From an uncultured Eubacteriales bacterium (GTDB taxonomy: Bacteria; Actinomycetota; Coriobacteriia; Anaerosomatales; PHET01), in contig CAZBLH010000004.1 of assembly GCA_964492775.1 (NCBI GenBank), forward strand, positions 9,593 to 73,592: 64,000 nucleotides of DNA. Reading direction: 5' to 3'. The notes beneath the pieces are model-generated. The model worked only from the letters and a program-made list of their open reading frames with translations. It was not told where the DNA came from and did no database searches. A program made the translations under genes and the position numbers. Shown here piece by piece: positions 19,755 through 29,347 of this stretch; the stretch's first letter is position 1, and every line of letters begins with the position of its first letter.

Positions 19755-21134
19755 TTATCCTGCCCGCTCCAGACGTGCGACGAAGTGCCCGTCTGCGCCG
19801 CCTGGCTCGGGCAGAGACTGATACCAGCCCTCGGGGCCAACAAACCCCGTCCATGCGCTCGGCATGAGGTCGCCCACGGGCACTGCCGAGAACTCCCTCC
19901 CGGCCTCCGAACGCAAGAACCCCTCGACGACCTCTGCGTTTTCCCGACGCGCGATGGTGCATGTCGAGTACACCACGAAGCCGCCGGGCTTCACAAGCCG
20001 AGACGCCCGTTCGAGCATCATCCCGCCGAGCGCCGCAAGCGCTTCGATCTCTTCCGGTTTCGCACGCCAGCGCCTGTCGGGATGGCGGCGCAGGGTCCCG
20101 AGCCCCGAGCAGGGCGCATCGACGAGCACGCCATCGGCACCGGCTTCGCGCACGCCGACATCGGCTGGAGTCAGTGGGGCGGTGGCGTCAGCAGCCACGG
20201 TCACGATCTCGCCATAGCCGAGCGATTTCGCTGCTCCGGCGAGTCGGCCGAGCTTGAAATCGTGCAGATCGAGCGCCACGAGGCGCTCAAGTGGTCCGCC
20301 CGCGCGCCGTGCCAGCGCAGCAATCAGCAATGACTTGCCACCACGACCGGCGCCGATATCCACAAGAGTCATCCCAGGCCGGGGCTTCATTGCATGCACT
20401 GCCAGCTGCGCACCGGCATCCATCACGAGCGCTCGCTGCTCTCGCAATGCCTCTGCACGGCGCGCGACAGCCGGCCTCCCCGCGACGACAGCGCCGGGTA
20501 GACTGCCGAGCGCGGGCTCGGCGCCAAGGGCCTCCAACCCCGCCGAAAGGCGCTCGGCGGCGTCGGGTGCGGCGCCAAGAGCAGCGAACGTGAAAGGCGC
20601 GGGCACGTTGTTGGCCGCCATGACGCGCGCTGCGGTCTCTCGGCCGAGCTCGGCGACCCAGAGCTCGGCGAGCCAGCGCGGATGCCCGTACAGCCGAGCA
20701 AGGGCTGCGGTGTCGGCGTCCGGATCTCCCCAGGGGAAAGTCTCGGCTTCGCGAGCCACTCGGCGCATGACCGCGTTCACAAGCCCAGCCGACCGCGGGT
20801 GGGACGCCTTCGCCAGCTTGACGGTTTCGTTGACGGCGACCCAGGGCGACGTCTGCTCGAACAAGATCTCGTACGCCCCGAGTGCGAGTACATCCGAGGA
20901 CTGCGGGTGGATGTTGGTGCCCGGGTCGACCACTCGCAGCACGGCTTCGTCCAGCGTTCCTCGGACGGCAATGGCTCCGTAAGCGAGCCGCGTGGCCATC
21001 GCGGCATCGCGGGGCTCGAGCCTCGCGCCACTCAGGACCGCGTCGAGCGTCTCATGCGCGTAAGCGTCGCGCTCCCGTACGCGCGTCAGAACCTCAAGTG
21101 CTACGACCCTCGCGGCCGATGGCTTGTCCGTCAC
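19755..21134 (-). CDS. rsmB: 16S rRNA (cytosine967-C5)-methyltransferase RsmB/Sun
   Basis: 459 aa with an N-terminal NusB-like domain and a SAM methyltransferase core (DxCAAPGGK-type region, DAPCSGLGTLRRHPD); fmt-rsmB synteny. Confidence 0.9.
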   Translation of the reverse strand: MTDKPSAARVVALEVLTRVRERDAYAHETLDAVLSGARLEPRDAAMATRLAYGAIAVRGTLDEAVLRVVDPGTNIHPQSSDVLALGAYEILFEQTSPWVAVNETVKLAKASHPRSAGLVNAVMRRVAREAETFPWGDPDADTAALARLYGHPRWLAELWVAELGRETAARVMAANNVPAPFTFAALGAAPDAAERLSAGLEALGAEPALGSLPGAVVAGRPAVARRAEALREQRALVMDAGAQLAVHAMKPRPGMTLVDIGAGRGGKSLLIAALARRAGGPLERLVALDLHDFKLGRLAGAAKSLGYGEIVTVAADATAPLTPADVGVREAGADGVLVDAPCSGLGTLRRHPDRRWRAKPEEIEALAALGGMMLERASRLVKPGGFVVYSTCTIARRENAEVVEGFLRSEAGREFSAVPVGDLMPSAWTGFVGPEGWYQSLPEPGGADGHFVARLERAG

Positions 21135-22051
21135 AGTTCACACCAGGACCCTGAGTCATCGAACCGAGCGCCGCGAGCCCAGTCGCAGCCGGGCATCTCG
21201 GCCTTCCCGTCCGGCTTGACGCGCTCGACGAGCACGCTTCCGTCGGTGAAGCCGATCACGAGCGCGTGCTTCCGGCATGCCAATCCACCAGGCACAACAT
21301 CCTCCTCGGCCTCGAAGGCTTCGGTCACGGTTGCCGAACGCCCGCAGATGGCGAGGCGCGCCGGCGCCTGTGGCGTGGATGCCCGGACTCGCCGAAGCGC
21401 GTCGGCGACCGAGATATCCGGGGTGAGGGCGACATCCGGCTTCTCGATCTTGGCCGCGTACGTCGCCTGTGATTCGTCTTGCGGAGTCCAGACCACCGTT
21501 CCTGCCTCGATTGCTGCCAAGGCGCGGATGAGCGCACCAGCGCCCTTCTCGGCAAGCTCGGCGGTGAGCTCGGCTGCGGACTTCCCGGCAATCTCGACCG
21601 TCACCGGCTCGGTGAACGGACCGGTATCCAGGCCCTCTTCGATCTGCATGATCACCACACCGGTCTCGATATCGCCCGCGAGAATCGCGCGCTGCACCGG
21701 CGCGGCGCCGCGCCAGCGTGGGAGCAGCGAGCCGTGCACGTTGATCGCGCCGAGCGGCGGGACCGCGAGCACCTCGGGCGGCAGGATGAGGCCGTAGGCC
21801 GCTACGACGATGACGTCAGGCGCGAGTGCGGCGAGTTCGGCGACGGCCGCCGGCTCGCGCAAGGTCGGCGGCTGACGCACCTCGATGCCGAGCTCGGCTG
21901 CGAGCTGCTTGACAGGCGATGACCGCAGGGTGCGGCCGCGCCCAGAAGCGGCGTCCGGGCGGGTGTAGGCGGCGACGACGTCGTGGTGCTCGGCGAGTGC
22001 GCGCAGCGAGGGCACCGCGAACTCCGGTGTCCCCATGAAGACGGCCCTCAT
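21131..22051 (-). CDS. fmt: methionyl-tRNA formyltransferase
   Basis: MRAVFMGTPEFAVPSL..., HGSLLPRWRGAAPVQRAI; internal ATG of ORF 21131..22171. Confidence 0.93.
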   Translation of the reverse strand: MRAVFMGTPEFAVPSLRALAEHHDVVAAYTRPDAASGRGRTLRSSPVKQLAAELGIEVRQPPTLREPAAVAELAALAPDVIVVAAYGLILPPEVLAVPPLGAINVHGSLLPRWRGAAPVQRAILAGDIETGVVIMQIEEGLDTGPFTEPVTVEIAGKSAAELTAELAEKGAGALIRALAAIEAGTVVWTPQDESQATYAAKIEKPDVALTPDISVADALRRVRASTPQAPARLAICGRSATVTEAFEAEEDVVPGGLACRKHALVIGFTDGSVLVERVKPDGKAEMPGCDWARGARFDDSGSWCEL

Positions 22052-22076
22052 GCGCGCTCCGTCCGAATCGATGGCG

Positions 22077-22373
22077 TCACCCTCTGTCTTCCCAGTAGAA
22101 CGGCTTTCTTCTGAAGTGTGCAAGCGCAAGGACCAGAACCTCGTCATCTTCGACGGTGTATGTGACTCCATACGGAAACCTCGTCAATGGTCGCATGCGT
22201 GAGTGTTTGCCTACCACCGGCGAGGACAAGGGATACACGGCGATGACCTGGAGAGCGCGACGCAGGTCCGCCTCGAAGGCTACCGCCAAGTGTCGACCGA
22301 TGGAGTCGTAGTATGCAACGGCCTCCCGAAGTTCCTCCTGCGCGGCAATGTGGACCCGAAAGGGGTGAGTCAC
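22077..22373 (-). CDS. type II toxin, RelE/ParE superfamily
   Basis: About 98 aa ending ...TRFPYGVTYTVEDDEVLVLALAHFRRKP; its GTG start overlaps the antitoxin stop (GTGA). Confidence 0.75.
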   Translation of the reverse strand: MTHPFRVHIAAQEELREAVAYYDSIGRHLAVAFEADLRRALQVIAVYPLSSPVVGKHSRMRPLTRFPYGVTYTVEDDEVLVLALAHFRRKPFYWEDRG

Positions 22374-22594
22374 CGGGATTCCGCGTACGCTTTGGCGAGC
22401 GCCTCCTCCAAGGATACCGTCTCGGCCAGCCCGCGCTGTATCTGCTCGTAGCGCCGGTCGGATTCCTCGATCCACAGTTGCACGTTCTCGTCCTCCGAGA
22501 GCGAGTCAAGGCTTCCGAGCAGGTCGCGCGCGATCTCGGCCCGAACCGACGGCTCCAGCTTCATGAGTTCGGATTTAAGTTCATCGATCGTCAT
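22370..22594 (-). CDS. putative addiction-module antitoxin (small helical, TIGR02574-like)
   Basis: 74 aa, MTIDELKSELMKLEPSVRAEIARDLLGSLD...WIEESDRRYEQIQRG; translationally coupled to the toxin. Confidence 0.7.
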   Translation of the reverse strand: MTIDELKSELMKLEPSVRAEIARDLLGSLDSLSEDENVQLWIEESDRRYEQIQRGLAETVSLEEALAKAYAESR

Positions 22595-22653
22595 CTGGGG
22601 TCACCTCCCCGCGACCTTACCATCGAGGTCTGACTGCGATCTAACACGAATCC

Positions 22654-23172
22654 TTACTCCGTCTCGCCGGGCATCGCGCCGCGTGCCAAGGCATCCCGAT
22701 AGCGCTTCAACGCCTCTCGGCGATCCTCCCGCGTGGCGCGGTCGATGATCAGTAGTCCATCGAGATGGTCGATCTCGTGCTGGAACATGCGTGCGGTGAG
22801 CCCCTCGGCCTCGATTCGCAGCGCCTTTCCGTCGAGCGTCATGCCTTCGACGGTCACTTTGCACGCACGCTCGACCGGCACGGTGATGCCCGGAAGCGAG
22901 AGGCAGCCCTCGTCTTCGGTCTCGCACTCACCGCTCGACTCGAGGATCACCGGGTTGCAGACCGCCGACAGCCCCGTCTTGTCCTCGGTCAGGTCGAATA
23001 CGATGATGCGCTTCATCACGCCGATCTGCGGCGCCGCCAGCCCGACGCCGGGTGCCTCGTACATGACCTTAGCCATCTTCGCGGCAAGCGGGCCGAGCGT
23101 CTTGTCGGTCGCCGGGTCGATCTCGCTCGAGGTCACACCGAGCGTAGGATTGGGATGCGAAAGGATATCCAT
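22654..23172 (-). CDS. def: peptide deformylase
   Basis: Motifs GVGLAAPQIG, EGCLSLPG and QHEIDHLDG; internal ATG of ORF 22654..23223. Confidence 0.95.
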   Translation of the reverse strand: MDILSHPNPTLGVTSSEIDPATDKTLGPLAAKMAKVMYEAPGVGLAAPQIGVMKRIIVFDLTEDKTGLSAVCNPVILESSGECETEDEGCLSLPGITVPVERACKVTVEGMTLDGKALRIEAEGLTARMFQHEIDHLDGLLIIDRATREDRREALKRYRDALARGAMPGETE

Positions 23173-23414
23173 GATTCTCTTCCAGTTGTGTCTTGACGGG
23201 CCGGAGACCCCACACGCGCTCAAGCCCGGTCACTCCATGCGGATTGTCGCGAATATGATACCAGCCTGCTAGCTCACAAACCGACATGCAACTGGTGGTC
23301 AATGCCTCAAGCTCGAAGAAGCTGAGACTGCTCGAACGGATCCGTGTTCAGGAGCGCGCAACAGCGGTATCGTTGCATCAGATTCCCCGCGTTTTCTTTC
23401 GGGTGCGATCAGGG

Positions 23415-24680
23415 CTAGGAATCAGCGTCCAATTGCACTGTCCGCAGTGCAGGGCCATTTTCATCAGCGACCCCTACGAGCACTTCATCTACACCATCAG
23501 AATCAAGATCGGCAGCGACAACAGAGACTGTTGCCGCTTTCTCGATCCACTCTTTAGAAATCTTCATCCGACCTTCTCGGTCCACTCTGACCAAGGCAAA
23601 TGATGCCGGAAAACCCATGTCTCCCGCTTTGGCGTCAGCGGGTTCAATGAGCAGCAGCGACTCGCCGGAACTGCCGTCCACCGAAATAGCATAACTCGCA
23701 TTCGCTCGCACCTCCCCAAGAATCTCCGGCTCTGCAGTTGAGGTCCAGACCGCCACTCTACTGGAGCCTGAACGCACGACAATTTCAACGCCGGGAGCTG
23801 CGCATAAATCGGAGCACGCAAGTACATCGTTGGCCCCTTTTAGACTAAATACTTCTGCTGAGCCAGCTGGGGAAACGAGATGAGCCTCAATGCTCTCGGT
23901 ATGCCGTCTCCAAAGGAGCCACGGCACCTGCTTGTCACCCGTCGAGAGCACACGCCAGTCGCCTTTTGCATCCAGAGACAGGGAGGTCGTCATCTCGCCC
24001 GTAGCCTCGTCCAGAACGAGCGCCTCCACACGTTCGCCGCGCGCTACAAGCAGAAGAACCTTGCCCGGGCCGCCAGGCATACTGGCGACAACGGCCCCAT
24101 CTTCTGACGCGTCATCCGGGTAGGTCCAAACACGCCTCCAGCCGCTCGCGCGCCGCTCAAAGCAGTCGACCCTCTGTCCTCCATCGGTGAGGTCATGCTC
24201 ATCGACTTCCACTAGGACTCTCTGCTGCTCCGTAGCATGCAGTGAGGCCACTGTGCCGTATGTCAACAGAAGCGGCTGGCCGGACACTCCATCGTCGTCA
24301 AAGGACATGGCGACAACTTCCGTATACGACATTCGACCTTCACCTGTTCCCGGTGGTCCGTAATCGGAGCCGGAGCGCCGCATCAGCATCTCATTTCTTG
24401 CATGAACAACACCTTGCGTATACATGCCGAAGACGAGCGGTCGATCGGCCCTGATTGAATAGGATTGTGCAACCGCTGCGTAAGGTCTTAGCCCTTCGGC
24501 AGTGCCCTGCCAGATGCGTTCGCCTACGACCACCAGCGGCTTGTCGCCAGACTTGACCCCAACCAAAGGCACTCCAGATGTAGGAACGGAAGAAATGAGG
24601 AGTGGCTTGTCGCTGCAGCCCGTGAGCGCAAGCACAAGGGTGCACAAACACAAACCCAACCGCCAAACGATGTCTCGCAT
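23415..24680 (-). CDS. hypothetical lipoprotein, beta-rich, with a C-terminal FG-GAP/VCBS-like DxDxDG motif
   Basis: The signal peptide ends in lipobox LALTGC. C-terminal VVAADLDSDGVDEVLVGVADENG. The gene is visibly more A/T-rich than its neighbours (not computed). Confidence 0.7.
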   Translation of the reverse strand: MRDIVWRLGLCLCTLVLALTGCSDKPLLISSVPTSGVPLVGVKSGDKPLVVVGERIWQGTAEGLRPYAAVAQSYSIRADRPLVFGMYTQGVVHARNEMLMRRSGSDYGPPGTGEGRMSYTEVVAMSFDDDGVSGQPLLLTYGTVASLHATEQQRVLVEVDEHDLTDGGQRVDCFERRASGWRRVWTYPDDASEDGAVVASMPGGPGKVLLLVARGERVEALVLDEATGEMTTSLSLDAKGDWRVLSTGDKQVPWLLWRRHTESIEAHLVSPAGSAEVFSLKGANDVLACSDLCAAPGVEIVVRSGSSRVAVWTSTAEPEILGEVRANASYAISVDGSSGESLLLIEPADAKAGDMGFPASFALVRVDREGRMKISKEWIEKAATVSVVAADLDSDGVDEVLVGVADENGPALRTVQLDADS

Positions 24681-24811
24681 GATACCTCACCCCTATCGTC
24701 ACATAGCCACGTCATGTGACTCCTAACCCATTGCACCTCTCGCCTCCGATCTCGACTGTAGCTGTGCACGCGGGTTCACCTCCAACCCACAGGAAGTTGA
24801 GAGCGTCCCCG

Positions 24812-27073
24812 CTACAGCAGATCCATCGGGTCCACGTCGACCGCCACGCTCACGCCGCTCGGGGCCGGCGTGCTCGCGACCGCCTCGCCCAGCGGCCCCG
24901 CGACGTCCGCCCCCGCAGGCGCCTTCACAAGCGCGTGCCAACGCCAGGCGCCCTTGAGGCGCGAGAGCGGTGCGGGGCTCGGCCCGAGCACCTCGAAACC
25001 CTCGCCCACCCGCGCGCGCACCGCTTCCGTGAGAGCCCCGGCGTGCTCGCGCACAGTCGAACCGTCCCTCCCCCACACGAGCACGTTCGCGAGTCTCCCA
25101 AACGGCGGATACCGCAGTTCGCGCCGGGTCTCGGCCTCCTGCTCGTAGAACGTCACCGCATCATGCGCCTCGACCGCGCGCACCGACGGGTGGTCGGGCC
25201 AGTACGTCTGAATCACCACGCGGCCTGGCTTGACGCCGCGACCCGCTCGGCCAGCGACCTGCTCGAGCAGCTGGTAGGTGCGCTCGCCCGCTCGGAAATC
25301 GGGCACGTTGAGCGTGATGTCAGCCGAGATCACGCCCACGAGTGTGACCGCCGGGAAATCGAGACCCTTGGCGATCATCTGCGTGCCGAGCAACACCCCG
25401 CTCTCAAGCTGCGCGAACTCGGCGAGCAGACGCTCGTGCGCGCCTTTGCCGCGTGTGGTGTCGGCATCCATGCGCACGATCGGCAGCTCCGGCAGCAATG
25501 CCGCGAGCTCGGTCTCGACCCGCTGAGTCCCCGAACCAAACCTGCGCAGGTACGGACTCCCGCACTCTGGGCATTTCGGCGGCACCGGACGTGTCGCTCC
25601 GCAGTGGTGGCACATCAGGCGCGAGCCGACTTCGTGATACGTCATCGACGTGGTGCACGAGTCGCACGCCGGCACATGCCCGCACTCGCGGCAGAGCACG
25701 AAGGAGGCGAACCCTCGGCGGTTGAGGAAGAGCACCGCCTTGTCGCCGGCACTCGCAACCTCCTCAAGCGCGGCGATAAGCGGACGCGAAAACATCGATC
25801 GGTGTCCCGCGGCGAACTCGGCAGCCATATCGACGACCTCGACCGTCGGCATCGTGCCACCTGCCACGCGCTCCGGCAGCTCGACGAGTGTCCACTCGCC
25901 GGCCGAGCACCGCGCGCGCGTCTCCATCGAAAGGCTCGCGCTTCCCAACACAAGGGTGGCACCGACCCCCTCGGCCATCCGAACAGCGACGTCACGGGCG
26001 TGGTAGCGCGGCGCCGAGCCCTGCTTGTAGCTCGACTCATGCTCCTCGTCGATGACGATGAGGGCGAGGTTATCGAGCGGCGCAAACAACGCCGAGCGCG
26101 CACCGACGACGATGCGCGCCTCGCCGCGGCGCACCAGGTCCCACTGATCGAACCTCTCCCCTGCTGAGAGCCGCGAATGCAGCACCGCGACGTCGTCGCC
26201 AAAGCGCGACCTGAAGCGCCCGACGGTCTGCGGTGTGAGCGCGATCTCGGGTACAAGCACGCACGCGGTGCCACCCCCTTCAATCGCCTCCTCGATAGCG
26301 CGCAGGTAGACCTCGGTCTTGCCCGATCCGGTCACGCCGTCGAGCGCCACGACCCCGCCGCCAGCGGCGCCCGCTTCGCGGATCGCAGCCAGGGCACGCC
26401 TCTGGCCGTCAGTGAGGTGCTTGTGGCGTGGCGCGGGCTTCTCGGCAACTCCGATGTCGCGGATGCGTCTGCGCCGCTCGATCGCGACCACACCCGCGCG
26501 CTCTAGCCCCCGCAGGCTCGACTCCACCGATCCGAGATCAGCGGCGAGCTCGGCAGCGCGCACCGGACCGGCTGCGAGCGCGTCGATCACAGCGCGCTGC
26601 TGGGTCGCGTTCGCTCGGGGCTTGAACGAGGCTGCCTCCGGCGTGAGTGCCACCCAGCGGTCGTCGACGGGGCCGACGTCCGCTCGACGTAGCGTCCACC
26701 CCTGCTCGCCGTCCTCACCGGCTGCGCGCACGGCCTTGGGTGTGCCGCCAGGCGGCAAGAATAGGCGCAGCGCCTCAGAAAGCGGACAGAGGTACTGGCT
26801 CGCGATCCAGCGCGCGAGGTCGACGCTATCCGCACGGAAGTAGGGACCGCCGAGCACCGCTCGCACGTCCTTGAGCGCAGGACGAGCGCTCGTTTCGGCG
26901 AAGCCGACGACATAGCCCACGACCGGCCGCCCGCCGAACTCGACGAGTACGCACGAGCCGACCTCCACGTCCCCCAAACCGTCGGGGACGCGATAGTCGA
27001 AGTGCGTGTCGAGCGCCCGCGTAGGGACGTCGACGATGATCTGCGCGATTGGCGGGGCTTTAGTGGGTTGCAT
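24812..27073 (-). CDS. priA: primosomal protein N' (replication restart helicase PriA)
   Basis: Walker A GVTGSGKTEVY, DEEHE, a Cys-rich Zn module (CRECGH..CDSC..CHHCG..CPECGS). Start at MQPTKAPP; the ORF could extend to 27130. Confidence 0.93.
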   Translation of the reverse strand: MQPTKAPPIAQIIVDVPTRALDTHFDYRVPDGLGDVEVGSCVLVEFGGRPVVGYVVGFAETSARPALKDVRAVLGGPYFRADSVDLARWIASQYLCPLSEALRLFLPPGGTPKAVRAAGEDGEQGWTLRRADVGPVDDRWVALTPEAASFKPRANATQQRAVIDALAAGPVRAAELAADLGSVESSLRGLERAGVVAIERRRRIRDIGVAEKPAPRHKHLTDGQRRALAAIREAGAAGGGVVALDGVTGSGKTEVYLRAIEEAIEGGGTACVLVPEIALTPQTVGRFRSRFGDDVAVLHSRLSAGERFDQWDLVRRGEARIVVGARSALFAPLDNLALIVIDEEHESSYKQGSAPRYHARDVAVRMAEGVGATLVLGSASLSMETRARCSAGEWTLVELPERVAGGTMPTVEVVDMAAEFAAGHRSMFSRPLIAALEEVASAGDKAVLFLNRRGFASFVLCRECGHVPACDSCTTSMTYHEVGSRLMCHHCGATRPVPPKCPECGSPYLRRFGSGTQRVETELAALLPELPIVRMDADTTRGKGAHERLLAEFAQLESGVLLGTQMIAKGLDFPAVTLVGVISADITLNVPDFRAGERTYQLLEQVAGRAGRGVKPGRVVIQTYWPDHPSVRAVEAHDAVTFYEQEAETRRELRYPPFGRLANVLVWGRDGSTVREHAGALTEAVRARVGEGFEVLGPSPAPLSRLKGAWRWHALVKAPAGADVAGPLGEAVASTPAPSGVSVAVDVDPMDLL

Positions 27074-27191
27074 GATTGCCAGCATAGCGAAGACCGCCGA
27101 CACGAACGCGTCGACGGTCTTCGTCAGCACACGGTTTCAAGCCGTCGTGAGCGGAAGCAAGCGATGCCCTCCGGCCACGACTCCCCACGTC

Positions 27192-28430
27192 CTAGGCCCT
27201 GGCGGCCTCGATCAGCGCCTCGGTGCGGTCAGTGCGCTCCCACGTGAAGTCACGGTCGTCGCGCCCGAAGTGCCCGTACGCCGAGGTCTTGCGGTAGATC
27301 GGCCGACGCAGGTCGAGGTCGCGGATGATCGCGCCCGGACGCAGGTCGAAGACCTGATCCACCGCGCGCTCGATATCGGCGACAGGCACCTTCTCGGTAC
27401 CGAACGTCTCCACCAGCACCGACAGCGGGCGCGCCACGCCGATGGCGTAGGCGAGCTGGATCTCGCAGCGGTCCGCGAGACCGGCGGCAACGACGTTCTT
27501 GGCGACCCAGCGAGCAGCGTAGGCTGCCGAGCGGTCGACCTTGGTGGGGTCCTTGCCGGAGAAGGCACCGCCGCCGTGGCGACCCATTCCGCCGTAAGTG
27601 TCGACGATGATCTTTCGTCCGGTGAGTCCGGTGTCACCCATCGGGCCGCCGATGACGAAGCGGCCGGTCGGGTTCACGAAGATCTCGGCGTTCTCGTACA
27701 CGAGGCCCTCGAGTTCGAAGACGGGCTTGATCACGTGCTCGATGAGGTCGGGCCGCAGCAGGTCCTCGATCTCAACGCCCTCGGCATGCTGGGTGGAGAT
27801 GAGGATCTTCTCGACGGACACGGGCTTCCCGTCAACATAGCGCACGGAGACCTGCGTCTTGCCGTCGGGGCGCAGGTAGTCGAGCACGTCGCCCTTTCGG
27901 ACTGCCGTCAGCCGCTCGGCAAGTCGGTGAGCGAGGTAGATCGGCATCGGCATGAGCGTCGAGGTCTCGTTGCACGCGTACCCGAACATCATTCCCTGGT
28001 CACCCGCGCCGATAAGGTCAAGCGGGTCGACGCCCTTGCCGTGCTGGACCTCGAAGGACTCGTCCACTCCCTGCGCGATATCCGGGCTCTGCTCGTGCAC
28101 GCCGAGGACAACGCCGCAGGTCGAGGCGTCGAACCCGTACTTGGCGCGCGTGTAGCCGATCTCGGCGACAACCTTGCGCACAATCGAAGGGATGTCGACG
28201 TAGGCGTGAGTGCGGATCTCACCGCCGACGACAATCAGGCCGGTCGTAGTGAAGCACTCACAGGCGCAGCGCACGTATTCCGGCGACGCACCCGGGAAGC
28301 CCGACTCGGCAAGCTCGGCCTCACGCGCGATGATCGCGTCAAGCACCGCGTCGGAGATGGCATCGCACATCTTGTCGGGGTGGCCTTCGGTCACCGACTC
28401 TGAGGTGAACAGGTAATCTCGCTCGCTCAC
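27192..28430 (-). CDS. metK: S-adenosylmethionine synthase
   Basis: [45 protein letters not shown] at 28430 is preceded by AGGAG. Confidence 0.95.
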   Translation of the reverse strand: MSERDYLFTSESVTEGHPDKMCDAISDAVLDAIIAREAELAESGFPGASPEYVRCACECFTTTGLIVVGGEIRTHAYVDIPSIVRKVVAEIGYTRAKYGFDASTCGVVLGVHEQSPDIAQGVDESFEVQHGKGVDPLDLIGAGDQGMMFGYACNETSTLMPMPIYLAHRLAERLTAVRKGDVLDYLRPDGKTQVSVRYVDGKPVSVEKILISTQHAEGVEIEDLLRPDLIEHVIKPVFELEGLVYENAEIFVNPTGRFVIGGPMGDTGLTGRKIIVDTYGGMGRHGGGAFSGKDPTKVDRSAAYAARWVAKNVVAAGLADRCEIQLAYAIGVARPLSVLVETFGTEKVPVADIERAVDQVFDLRPGAIIRDLDLRRPIYRKTSAYGHFGRDDRDFTWERTDRTEALIEAARA

Positions 28431-28483
28431 GTCTTCTCCTATCTTCGTCACGGCCGCGATTCGGCACCGCTGCCGACTTGTCC

Positions 28484-28520
28484 CGAAAACACAAAACCCT
28501 CTCCTGGCAGAGAGGGCTTC
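28484..28520 (-). terminator. intrinsic terminator of the SAM-I riboswitch expression platform
   Basis: Minus-strand GAAGCCCUCUCUGCCAGGAGAGGGUUUUGUGUUUU. Confidence 0.75.
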
Positions 28521-28553
28521 ACTTCGCAGGCATGACGCACACCGCGACTTCTT

Positions 28554-28690
28554 CCCTCATCTTCCAGGCGAAATGCCTGCCGAGATGTGGCACCGTGCGC
28601 TTCTTTCAGCGTCGGTTGCCGGGGCGTCATAGGGCTCGGTCCCTCGACCCGCTGCAGTCCGCCGGGAAGACAGACCACCTCTAGATGAGC
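28554..28690 (-). promoter_or_regulatory. SAM-I (S-box) riboswitch
   Basis: Minus-strand CUCAUCUAGAG...GAGGGACCGAGCCCUAUGACGCCCCGGCAACC...GGUGCCACAUCUCGGCAGG...CCUGGAAGAUGAGG matches the S-box core; lies upstream of metK. Confidence 0.85.
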
Positions 28691-28737
28691 ACGCACACGA
28701 TATCACCTGAACAGACTTCGCGCCAACCAAGCAGCCC

Positions 28738-29286
28738 GTGTCGGGTACAATTCTCACTGTGACCACTACAGAAAGGAGCGGCTCCTTGCCGTCCGAACCT
28801 GCCGAGAAGAACGAATCGCTTCGCGAGACGATTGAGGCCAAGCGCGAGAGGCGTATCGACCACGCCGCTACACTGCTTGAGGTAGCGGTCGGCTGGGCTG
28901 AGACCGTGGTCGCGCTTGTGCTTGCCATCGTGATTGTCTGCACCGTGGTCCTCGTCATCGGTGCCACCATCGAGCTCATTCGTGATCTGTTTGGCGCTGG
29001 TGCTCGAGAGCAGGTGAGCGCCCTCATCAAGACTGTGCTCGACACCTTCATCATCATTGAGCTCTTCCGGATCACGATCGCGTACGTGCGACACCACGAA
29101 GTCATCCATACCGTTCTTGAGACCGCGTTGGTGGTCGCCGCCAGGGAAATCGTCGTGATCGAGGCCGGCGCGAATGAGCCTCTCGCGGCGGCCGCCGTTG
29201 GTGGCACCCTGCTCGCGGTCGGCGTGACCTGGTACCTACTCAGACGAGGCATCTCGCTGGTCGGCGACGAGGAGCAACACGACTGA
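28738..29286 (+). CDS. PsiE-like (phosphate-starvation-inducible E family) membrane protein
   Basis: 182 aa with four predicted TM helices and an LDTFIIIELFRITIAYVRHHE-type motif; GTG start. Confidence 0.55.
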   Translation: MSGTILTVTTTERSGSLPSEPAEKNESLRETIEAKRERRIDHAATLLEVAVGWAETVVALVLAIVIVCTVVLVIGATIELIRDLFGAGAREQVSALIKTVLDTFIIIELFRITIAYVRHHEVIHTVLETALVVAAREIVVIEAGANEPLAAAAVGGTLLAVGVTWYLLRRGISLVGDEEQHD

Positions 29287-29347
29287 CATCGGAAGCCCCC
29301 GGCGCTCTCCGTCCCACACCACCCACTACTCACAAGGAGCCTACGCT

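Noticed and set aside
24716-26167. 483-aa plus-strand ORF antisense to priA. Similar long antisense ORFs occur at 27006-28403 (metK), 29498-30862 (gltX), 47503-49035 (ribBA/ribE/ribD), 12578-13774 (HD-GYP) and 33915-34904 (acidic protein).
   Set aside because: All are mirror frames of confidently identified genes with Arg/Pro/Ala/Ser-rich compositions and no recognisable domains. I treat them as GC-driven artefacts, not overprinted genes.
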